From Octopus sinensis (lineage: Eukaryota): a stretch of 64,000 nucleotides of DNA. Positions 1 through 9,789 of the stretch are shown piece by piece (within the stretch, counting starts at the first letter, position 1; each line of letters opens with the position of its first letter). The notes under the pieces are model-generated. The model saw nothing but the letters and a program-made list of their open reading frames with translations. It did no database searches and was not told the origin of the DNA. The DNA lies in assembly GCF_006345805.1 (NCBI RefSeq), contig NC_043005.1, positions 14,756,001 through 14,820,000 on the forward strand, written 5' to 3'. The translations under genes and the position numbers were made by a program.

Positions 1-575
1 GAAGATATGGGATCAGGTGTTGAATCATGACCTTTGAATATTAGGCCTCACCGAGGCAATGACTAGTGACTGAGACCTTTGGAAATATGCAGTGCGTGAG
101 AAGACCCGGCAAACCAAGTGAAACTATGACCTGTGGCCTATGCCAGTGGTGTAACCAGCCTACTTATGCGTACCTTTCCTTCACTGGACACTAAACTCTG
201 CTTGCAAAGACCTGTTGAGGTAAGTGAAATTGAAATCGAAATCAAATTTGATGATTGGCATCCGTGCTAGTAGAGTGTGATTGCTGCCAGAGCAGCTGAC
301 TGGCTTCCGCGGCGGTGGCACATAAAAAGCAGCATTCAAACATGATCATTACCAGCATCGCCTTACTGGCACTAGTGCTGGTGGCACATGGAAAACACTT
401 GAGCGAGGTTGTTGCCAGTGCCGCTGGACTTGTTCCTGTGCGGGTGGCACGTAAAAAAACACCACTTCAGCATGGCCGTTGCCAGTACCCTCTGACTGGC
501 CCTCATGCCAGTGGCACGTAAAAGCACCCAGTACACACTTGGAATGGCGGACGTCAAACGATGATGATGATCATC
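1..575 (+). mobile_element. RTE-clade LINE 3' fragment (decayed ORF end + 3' UTR + (GAT)n tail)
   Basis: Homologous to the end of the long RTE copy at 20650-21160; GTGCC-NNN-GGCAC unit repeats; ends ...ggacgtcaaacgatgatgatgat. Confidence 0.8.
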
Positions 576-1320
576 ATCATCACCATCATCATTGTTGCCG
601 TCGTGTAACGTCTGCTTTCCATGCTGGTATGGGTTGGATGGTTTTATTGGGGATTGGTGAGTCAGAAGGCTGCACCAGGCTCCAACCAGATCTGGCAAAG
701 TTTCTACAGCTGGATGCCCTTCCTAATACCAACCACTCCAAGAGCGCAGTGGGTGCTTTTATGTGCCACCGGCATGAGGGCCTTTTAGGCAGTTCTGGCT
801 ACCTGCACGGGAGTTAGTCTGGCAGCACTGGGAACGACCACACTTGAATGCTGTTTTCCACGTGCCAGTTAGGCGATGCTGGCAACGGTCACGCTCAAAT
901 GGTGCTTTTTACATGTCTCTGGCATAGGAGCTGATCAGTGGCCCTGGCAATGATCTCTCTTGGATGGTGCTTTTAATGTTCCACTGGCATGAGTGCTAAT
1001 CAGGCGGTACTGTTATCAGCCATGTGAGCGATTTTGATTTTGATTTTGATTTCACTTGCCTCAACAGATCTTCACAAGCAAAATTTATTGTCCAATGAAT
1101 GTGGGGTACTCATAAGTGGGTCAGTTATACACCACTGGCATAGTTCATGGGATATGGTCTCACTTGGCTTGTCAGGTCTTCTCAAGCACAGCATATCTCC
1201 AAAGGTCTTGGTCATTAGTCATTGCCCCAGTAAGGCCCAATGTTCGAAGGTCGTGCTTCCCCACTTCATCCAAGGTCTTCTTGGGTCTATCTCTTTCACA
1301 GGTTCCCTCAACTGCTAGGA
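576..1320 (-). mobile_element. RTE LINE 3' fragment, tail-to-tail with the preceding copy
   Basis: (CAT)n then the reverse-complement 3' UTR (ctggatgcccttcctaat core); 1190-1320 is the reverse complement of the RTE C-terminus seen at ~20640-20770. Confidence 0.8.
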
Positions 1321-1344
1321 TGTCAATAAATGTGAAAAGCTCCT

Positions 1345-1665
1345 TTCAAATGTTGAGCCTCAGGGACACCGTGATCAAGACCTTTGGCATTAAGTTGTAC
1401 TTGAGAAGAAGAACCACCAAGCTAAGTAAAATCACAGTCATGGCACATACTGGTGTCATGCAAATAGCACCTATGCCGGTGGCACATAAAAACATCCATT
1501 TACACTCTTGGAGTGGTTGGTGTTAGGAAAGGCATCCAGCTGCAGAAAACCATGCCAAATCAGACTGGAGTCTGGTGCAGCCTTCCAGCTTACCAACCCT
1601 GGTCAAACTGTCCACCCATGCCAGCATAGACAGTGGATGTTAGATATTCATGATGATGATGATGT
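1345..1665 (+). mobile_element. RTE LINE 3' UTR fragment
   Basis: ggcatccagctgcagaaa core, acccatgccagcatagac hairpin variant, (GAT)n tail. Confidence 0.7.
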
Positions 1666-2391
1666 TTTAGCAGTCTTATAAAAGCCTTAGAATTAAGCCC
1701 TCCACGGAGACCATTGGGACACCTTGTATTTTTAGATCCTGGATGAATATTGTTTCATTAAATATCAGTTTTACTCTTCCACTTTCTCTCTAAGAAATTA
1801 TTCTCACTATTAAAAGGCAATTATGATTTTATTTATATGAGATATTGCAGCTCTCACCTTTTACAAATTCACATTTTGCTTGATTTGCATACAAACATAC
1901 AATAAATTATTTGTTACATATATATCAAAAGTGTTTAATGTTCGTAACAAATATTGTTAATGATAATTCTTCCTCCTACTAATTATTTAAATCATTGAAT
2001 TTAATATGATTACAAATATTAATAGCTACCATTCATTTACTTCTGAACCATTTTGGTGCCAACCTGCCAAAGATGGACCCTACTTCCCTAATATCAATTC
2101 TTTGTTTTAAAGTGGTCGAAATGAAAAATCGTTCATTAAAATTTCAAAGTTATTTAATAAATACTTCATCATTCTTGAAATTAATTGAAACCAAGACATT
2201 GTATTTCAACAAAAATATTCTAACAAATATTTCAGCCACCATCCTTTGAGGAATAGCTTGGATCTTAAAATGTCAAGTAATTTCAATTTTTCTTCTTTTC
2301 TTTCAGCACGTTTCATTTGTTAATGTATCACAACTACACTATCATCTTTTTGATTTTTTTTAAAAAAATTATTTTCTTCTTTCTTGTTTAG

Positions 2392-2624
2392 CTTCTGTGT
2401 GGAGAGTAGAATTAACCTCACGACCCAGACTAATAAGAAATACAATAGAAATAAAAGCATTTCTTGGAGTGAGTGTGAGTGAAAGAGATACTTTACATCA
2501 CCTAACATTTCAAAAGTTAGCTTATCTCCCCATATTTGTTGATTTTACCAATATTGGAAATATAAGAACGAGTGAGGTTCATGTATACTTCAGTTACCCT
2601 CGTGAAGCCATTGACATATTCCAA
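2392..2624 (+). CDS. Internal exon of unidentified gene 1 (SVWRVELTSRPRLIRNTIEIKAFLG...YPREAIDIFQ)
   Basis: Pyrimidine tract + ag at 2390-2391; open frame (ORF 2397..2804); CAA|gtaaga donor; phase-0 exit matches the next exon. Product not recognised. Confidence 0.6.
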
Positions 2625-2829
2625 GTAAGAATTCTGTATTTTTTATCTTCTCTGTTAAATTTTTTGTCATTGTTGAAGTCCTGGTCGGGCTTGCTTGATT
2701 GGCTAAAGAAAGAAAGACATTCCAGTCATGACCATCATGTTAGTTTCTCAGATGCATGCAACCAAAGGCTTTATTCAATGTGTCCTTCTTCTCTAAGACA
2801 GTAAGATGTGATTTAAAAGAGATTTGTCA

Positions 2830-3125
2830 TTTCTAGCAAGAGATGCAATAGATGATATTACTGGAGGTGCAGGTGAAGGAATTGATGATGCGATAGGGTT
2901 GATGATGGGTGCCAGTGAGGAGGGTGGTGTTGGAGAGGTAAGGGCAAGTGTGGCAACGTGGGCGGGAGCAGGGGAACGAGCCAGGTTGGGAGGTAGGGTC
3001 AGGGAAGGAGCTGTGGACCAAAAGGTCTCATAGGTTATGGGCTCGTTTAAAGGAGGGAAGGGGTCGGTTAGGGAAGAGGTGTGAAGTGGACGGGTCAGAC
3101 TGGAGATGCCGGAAAGCTTGAAGAA
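2830..3125 (-). mobile_element. Penelope-like element relic (Cys-rich linker preceding GIY-YIG)
   Basis: Translates to PGSFPCSRPRCHTCPYL...SFTCTSSNIIYCISC, the typical PLE motif just before the GIY-YIG endonuclease; truncated there. Confidence 0.85.
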
Positions 3126-3621
3126 TGGTGCGTTGGATCGTTTAGCGTCTGCTTTCCATGCTAGCATGGGTTATATATATATATATATATATATGATTAA
3201 TGAGAGAGATGGAAGATATGAGAAACTTTATTGATCAATATATATATATGTATGTATGTACCTTCTATCTTTTCTCTTTTCAAAGGAAATATTTCTCTCA
3301 CCATTCACTATTTTCCTCTCATTCTGATCTAACTATCCTCCTTGTTTGTTTTTGTTCAGTTTCCTTCTATGTTTCCACTGTTCTGTTTTTGTTTCCATAA
3401 ATCCTTAATTTTTTTAAGAATTTATGGGAGCAACTGTCTTTCGTTGAATGCTCGAAATGAGGAGTAGATAGACAGCCGACAACTGATGAAGGGTCGTTTC
3501 TGTGTTTACTTGTCCTGATTCCATTTTTGTTTTACTTGTTTGCGTATTTAACAAGTTTGTCTACATATTCCATGTGTACACTGTTGGTGTTGTCCTGTAT
3601 CCATATATGCATATAAACATA

Positions 3622-4617
3622 TGGCTACTGGGATTCTGTGATGCATGTAACCTTTTAATCTGCAACACTAACTTCAGGAAGCCAGACAGCCACCTTATAA
3701 TCTATCAATCAGGGAACTCTGCTAGCCAGATTGATTTCATACTCACCAGACAGCGGGACGCAGGGTTGCTCTTAAATACAAAGACCCTCCCGGTTGAAGA
3801 ATGTACCCCCCAGCATAGGCTAGTCATTAGTGACTTTAGGCTCAATGCCAGAAGGATACCAAGAAGCAGACCAATCCAGAAAAGAAGGATTTGGAAGCTA
3901 AAGAGCCCTTCACATGGTCAGAGATTTAGGGACATCCTCATCAAGAAATTTAATGAGAGGGAGGAGGAGCTACAAACGTCAGACATAGAAGGTAGCTGGA
4001 AATTCCTACGGGACAGCTTGCTGAGTGCCACAGACCAAGTCTACAAGGGTAAAGGTGATGCTCTAGATAGAAATAACTACAGGGGTATTAAACTGTTGGA
4101 TCAGGTGATGAAGGTCACAGAGAGGGTCTTAGCCTATCTCATTAGGGAGAGAGTTTGCTTAGATGAGATGCTGTTCGGTTTTGTGCTGGGTAGAAGGACC
4201 ACTGATGCCATATTCCTGGTTTGACAACTGCAGGAGAAATACCTAGCTAAAGATAAACCCCTCTACATAGCTTTCATGGACTTGGAGAAAGCCTTTGACA
4301 GAGTCCCCCGATCCCTTATCTGGTGGGCGATGCGGAAACTGGAGATTGACGAATGGTTAATAAGGGCTGTACAGGCCCTATACAGAGAGCCCATTAGCAA
4401 GGTTAGGATTGGCAATGAGTATAGTGAAGAATTCCAGGTAGAAGTAGGGGTTCACCAAGGTTCAGCCCTCAGTCTCCTTTTATTCATTATAGTCCTCCAG
4501 GCAATAACAGAGGAATTCAAGACAGGTTGCCCCTGGGAGCTTCTCTATGATGATGACCTGGCCCTCATAGCAGAATCACTACCGGAACTAGAAAAGAAAT
4601 TTCGGGTGTGGAAATAG
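3622..4617 (+). mobile_element. RTE LINE ORF fragment (APE end joined to RT), internally deleted and 3' truncated
   Basis: SQIDFIL (APE), NYRGIKLL, DLEKAFDRVP, GVHQGSALS, LLYDDDL; in-frame TGA at 4222-4224; homologous to 18305-21160. Confidence 0.92.
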
Positions 4618-4795
4618 CAGTCAAAAGATTGCTATTTCTTTTTTCTACAAAATATGTCTCCACGGATAACATTTATTTGTAACTCATATAGGCAAAAAGA
4701 AGAAAAATAATGAAATCAAACAGTCTTCGATATATATATATATATTATAAGGGTATATATACCATTTAATATACACAGCTTTTAAATTCAAGTAA

Positions 4796-4797
<2 letters not shown>

Positions 4798-4852
<55 letters not shown>

Positions 4853-4955
4853 AACACACATATATATACACATACATGTATAATGTATATATCTATCTAT
4901 ACATATACATACACATAGATGTATATGTATGCATGTATGTATATGTACATAAGCT
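4798..4955. repeat. Compound (TA)n/(CA)n/(TATG)n microsatellite between 44-bp direct repeats
   Basis: tatatataccatttaatatacacagcttttaaattcaagtaact at 4754-4797 and 4956-4999. Confidence 0.9.
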
Positions 4956-6120
4956 TATATATACCATTTAATATACACAGCTTTTAAATTCAAGTAACTA
5001 TTAGTTTCATGCTGTGAAAACAGGATTGTCAGACAAGCGTGTATACTGTGCCATGTATTTTCAAGCAATCTTTCAGACTCAAACATACAATATGGCTGCT
5101 CTTTTTTGAAGTGATGAGAAAGGAGGCTAGTATTTGATAAAACATGAAAGACGATGAGAGGAAGTAAAGAAGAAAAAGTGGAATGGGAAAAAACCAGAAG
5201 AAAATTAAGAGTTGTGTCTGTTCAGTGTCTTCAAACGAGAATATATTTGGATGGTGTAAATTAATTGAACAAGGATGCTTAATATGGAGAGGGTGGTGTT
5301 TTCTAGTTGAATAAAAGTAATTTGCTCAGATGTTTATATTTAGTGAAAATGCCACATCCTGAACTTAGGTGAGTAGAGATGCAGGCTTTGTTTAGCTGAA
5401 AGCTCTCATATCCCTTTTAGATATAAGTACTGTACTTGCTTGTTTTTTTCGAAAAATGACCAGCCCTGTTGTATATTAAAGAGCAAAAGGTTGCTTGAAA
5501 GTGCATGGTTTTCTATATGAGCCTGATCAATAATTGTGTTTTCACTGCATAAAACTAATATTAACTTCAATTTATGTCATGTCTATAGTAAATGATATAT
5601 ATCTCTCACTGGATGGAGTACATTTTTGTTGCAAAATGTAAAATTAAATAAATTATAATCATGGAGAACTATATTAAGCACATTTGGGTGCACTTGGATG
5701 TGGGAAGACCTTTCACTATGGAAATAATCCAGTGAATAAATCCTCCTCACAGAAAAATGTGTGAAAACCCATTGGGCTATGAATGACTTTATCAGGGGGT
5801 AGGATGCATGCATTTCTGTGTCCTTGCTTGTCATCAGTTACTAATATTCGTCTTTCACAGCCCTGTTTGGATAACAATAAATATTACATTTACTGATGCA
5901 CATTAAGCTTAGCCAAGCTAGAATAAATAACTTGAGTCACATCAAACAGTGTTGAAAAATATATAATTGCATGTGACCATATTTAACAAATAATTATTTT
6001 ACAGTTTAAATTTTAATCATTATCTTGTACAAGTTTAATTAAACATGGAACAGAATTACATTATCTCACAGAAACAAAATGATCGATGCAATAAAAACGA
6101 CAGAATTTTTTGGTGAAATA

Positions 6121-6522
6121 TCTTTATATATAAAAGTGAGGTTGTGTGCTGTCTGTCTCCTACGATTTAGATTCCTAACTACTCCCACATTTTACAGTGC
6201 AGTGTAACCAAAAGCGGGTATCTTATAGTAGTGATTCATATCGAGCCCTTCTGGGTATTAGCGCGCGTCTACGATGAGTCTACGATTTTAAAAAAAATTT
6301 ACCACCATTTTTTCTTAGTTTTAATGCATTTTTTTGCTATTATATAAGGGAAGTAACTCTCTAAAAATGCATTATTAAATCTCAGAACATAAAAAGCTAC
6401 AGTAAGACCCCCCCCCCTTTGTGGTTAGCCATATTGAGATGGCTATTATACTTTACATCTCTAAAAATGCTTATATAGTTATTTCCCTTACAAAACCGAG
6501 CAACGCCGGGCGATTCTGCTAG
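6121..6522 (+). mobile_element. Non-autonomous Helitron
   Basis: A|TC 5' end, subterminal ccgagcaacgccggg hairpin, CTAG|T 3' end; second copy at 62307 on the minus strand. Confidence 0.88.
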
Positions 6523-6637
6523 TTGATGATAAAAATGAAGCTCAAAATGACAAGGATTGCCCTTATATCAGTGTAGGTGTTTGCATTAATTTAAATATAC
6601 AATGAAACTAATCATGTGTTGTTTCATAATTTTTCAG

Positions 6638-6731
6638 ATTGTCATGACCAGAGTACTTACTGGAGAAAAATATGGTTGTGCTAATATACACATGACAATC
6701 CCTGCTAAATATTCATGCAGACTACTGGAAA
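6638..6731 (+). CDS. Internal exon of unidentified gene 1 (IVMTRVLTGEKYGCANIHMTIPAKYSCRLLE)
   Basis: ttttcag acceptor, A|gtaaga donor, 94 nt, open in phase 0; phase-1 exit matches exon 13875. Confidence 0.65.
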
Positions 6732-6761
6732 GTAAGATTTTTTTGAACAACTAAACCAATC

Positions 6762-6765
<4 letters not shown>

Positions 6766-6816
<51 letters not shown>
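6766..6816. repeat. (TG)n microsatellite
   Basis: Direct reading. Confidence 0.95.
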
Positions 6817-6819
<3 letters not shown>

Positions 6820-6934
6820 CTTTTTTGCTAACATGTAAGTGAAACATGACAAAAGTCAAACATGGATAAAAAACAGCTACATGGGATAGAGCCAGCCTAC
6901 GTATGCATACCTTCCCTTCTTGGGACACAAAACT

Positions 6935-7392
6935 CTACTTGTGAAGACGTGTTGAGGCAAGTGAGGATCAGAATCGAAATCGATCAATGGAAATTGCAGA
7001 TGAGTTACCAGTGCCGGTGGCACGTAAGAGAACCATCCGTTCGTGACCGTTGCCAGCGCCGCCCCAACTGGCCTCGTGCCGGTGGCACGTAAAAAGCACC
7101 ATCCGTTCGTGTCCGTTGCCAGCCTCGCCTGGCCCCCGTGCCGGTGGCACATAAAAGCACCATCCGTTCATGGCCGTTTGCCAGCTCCGTCTGGCACCTG
7201 TGCGGGTGGCACGTAAAAAGCACCCACTACACTCATGGAGTGGTTGGCGTTAGGAAAGGCATCCAGCTGTAGAAACACTGCCAGATCTGACTGGGCCTGA
7301 TGAAGCCTTCTGGCTTCACAGACCCCAGTTGAACCGTCCAACCCATGCTAGCATGGAAAGCGGACACTAAACGATGATGATGATGATGATGA
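6935..7392 (+). mobile_element. RTE 3' UTR copy with about three ~60-nt internal tandem units
   Basis: Repeated tgccggtggcacgtaaaaagcaccatccgttc; ccatgctagcatgg palindrome; (GAT)n tail. Confidence 0.88.
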
Positions 7393-7559
7393 TATATTCT
7401 TTAGACACAAAGCTAGTCACTGTTGATCGTTGTATTGGTATACGCTCAACTGATGAGTCAGGTGTTTGGACTGACCGTGATATTGTAAACGAAGTATGTT
7501 TTGCTTATTAAAATATTCTTTTTCTAATGCATAAAATTATGTTGCAAAGTCTAGAATAA

Positions 7560-7965
7560 GATATGCATTGTTGAACTTTTAACTTATTCCAAGAACACAT
7601 ACTGAAACTTTATGTACCTTCCATGAAAAGTTGATGTATTTGCACTTTCAAAGGGGCTCTGTCCCATGTTATAAACCCCTTTAGTAGGGTCAAATAATAT
7701 TGTAAGATGGTGAAATTTTGGAAATTGCCTTTATTTACTACCTAGAAGTTATGTTGTTATTTTCACTGAAATCGGAAGTATTTGAAATTTCACAGGGGGT
7801 GTTTGCCCCACTTTAAACCCCCTAATCTCAATGGAAAGTAAATTTTATGTAGCTCATTGTCTCTCTTGTAAAATTTTACCGGAGAACACTTTGTTTGTAT
7901 CTTCTGTTCCCATTCATCCTATAGATGTACAGGCACACACATATTGAGCTTTATTATATATATAT
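7560..7965 (+). mobile_element. Possible Helentron/DINE-like non-autonomous element
   Basis: Ends ...gtacaggcacacacatattgagctttattatatatat, resembling HINE 3' termini; single copy, recognised by resemblance only. Confidence 0.35.
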
Positions 7966-8002
7966 GTATATATATATAAGTGTATATCTATCTATCTATC
8001 TA

Positions 8003-8600
8003 TCATCATCATCATCATCGTTTAACATCCACTTTCCATACTAGCATGGGTTGGACGATTTGACTGAGGTCTGGCAAACCAGATGGCTGCACCAGACTCC
8101 AATCTGATCTGGCAGAGTTTCTACAGCTGGATGCCCTTCCTAACGCCAACCACTCCAAGAGTGTAGTGGATGCTTTTACGTGCCACTGGCGTGAGGTCAG
8201 TTAGGCGGTACTGGCAACAGCCACGCTCAAATGGTACTTTTTATGTGCCACCTGCACAGGAGCCAGACCAGCGGTACTGGCAACGACCTTGTTTGAATGT
8301 TTTTTCACATACCACCAGTACAAGTGCTAGTAAGGCGACGCAGGTAATGATCACACTTGAATGGTGTTTGTAACGTGCCATCAGCACGGATGCCAGCTTG
8401 TTGCTCTGGTAACGATCTCACTCATATGGTACTCTTAGCGCTCTACTAGCACAGATGCCAGTCATTGAATTTGATTTTGATTTCGCTTGTCTCAACAGGT
8501 CTTCACAAGCAGAATTTAGCATCCAATGAAGAAAAGGCACGCATAAGTGAACTGGTTACACCCTTGGCATAGGCCACAAGGTTATGGTCTCACTTGTGCA
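8003..8600 (-). mobile_element. RTE 3' UTR copy
   Basis: (CAT)n tail, core motif and unit repeats on the minus strand. Confidence 0.85.
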
Positions 8601-8610
8601 TATATATATT

Positions 8611-9003
8611 GGGTTTGTGGTAAGCAGCTTGCTTACGAACTGCATGGCTGTGGGTTCAGTCCCACTGCATGGCACCTTGGGCAAGTGTCTTCTACTATAG
8701 CCTCGGGCTGACCAGAGCCTCGTGAGTGGATTTGGTAGACGGAAAATGAAAGAAGCCCGTCGCATATATGTATATATATATATGTGTGTCTATATGTTTG
8801 TTGTGTCTGTGATTGCCCCCCCCCCCCAACATCGCTTGAGAACCGATAGTGGTGTGTTTACATTTCTGTAATTAGCGGTTCGGCAAAAGAGACCATTAGA
8901 ATAAGTACTGGGTTTACAAAGAATAAGTCCTGGGGTCGATTTGCTCAGCTATAGGTGGTGCTCCAGCATGGCCACAGTCAAATGACTGAAGCAAGTAAAA
9001 GAG
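8611..9003 (+). mobile_element. tRNA-derived SINE, CORE-like family
   Basis: ggttcagtcccactg B-box-like head, caccttgggcaagtg CORE-like motif, central microsatellite, 3' gctccagcatggccacagtc...gtaaaaga; many copies in the window. Confidence 0.85.
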
Positions 9004-9098
9004 TATATATATATATGCTGTCTGACCTGTGCTAGCACGGAAAACGGACGTTAAACAATGATGATGATGATGATAATATATATATATATATATATATA

Positions 9099-9777
9099 TT
9101 ATATAAAAGGGCTTAGTAAAATAAATTACTTTGCCGCATACTGAACTCATTAGAAATAGCAGCTAAAAAAACTTTTTTAAAACTATTTCTAATACTTAAA
9201 GAAAACCTCTCTCATATAGTGTTTGCTCAATTCAACTCACGAAAGTATGGGGGTAGAGACATTAAAAAATCAAATGCAAAGGTTATTTGAGAACGTACGT
9301 TTCAAGATTAGTCAAACTCGACACTTCTATCATCAGCTCAGAACTCCTTGGTTTGGATTTGAAAACACTGAAAGTGGGAGCATACCCTTTCGGCTTCTTA
9401 TCGCTTCTGAAGATCTGCTCGAAACTAACAGTGCCAGCAAACTCAAATATGCAAGCGAAGAATTTCTGTTCTCCCCTTTCCACCAGCGTGGGTTAAAATC
9501 AGTAAACACTATGCTTTTTTCGGTAAAATCCGAGGCATTAAATAGAGAGAGATGAATTATAATTTCAACAATTGAGGGTAAAATTAATTAATTAATCAAT
9601 TTCACCAAGTATTCAGTATGCAAAGGGACCATTTAAGGCGAATTCAAATTATTACATTATATAAAAGGGCTTAGTAAAATAAATTACTTTGCCGCATACT
9701 GAACTCATTAGAAATAGCAGCTAAAAAAACTTTTTAAAAACTATTTCTAATACTTAAAGAACTATTTCTAATACTTA
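9099..9777. mobile_element. Unclassified ~680-bp insertion with 105-bp terminal direct repeats (558-bp period)
   Basis: 9099-9203 repeats at 9657-9761; lies within a (TA)n tract; no recognisable protein. Confidence 0.6.
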
Positions 9778-9789
9778 TATATATATATA

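Noticed and set aside
315-817. His/Asp/Met-rich ORFs (also at 14250-14546, 16419, 43051 and TG/TA-run ORFs elsewhere)
   Set aside because: These are translations of (CAT)n/(GAT)n tails and dinucleotide microsatellites.
3455-3530. Hammerhead at cgaaa...ctgatga
   Set aside because: The motif order would need stems III and I between GAAA and CTGATGA; the 25-nt spacer cannot form them, and no GAAA follows.
7010-7220. Regular ~60-nt palindrome-containing repeats resembling a CRISPR array
   Set aside because: The intervening sequences are homologous to each other rather than unique spacers, the array lies inside an RTE 3' UTR found many times, and there are no cas genes.
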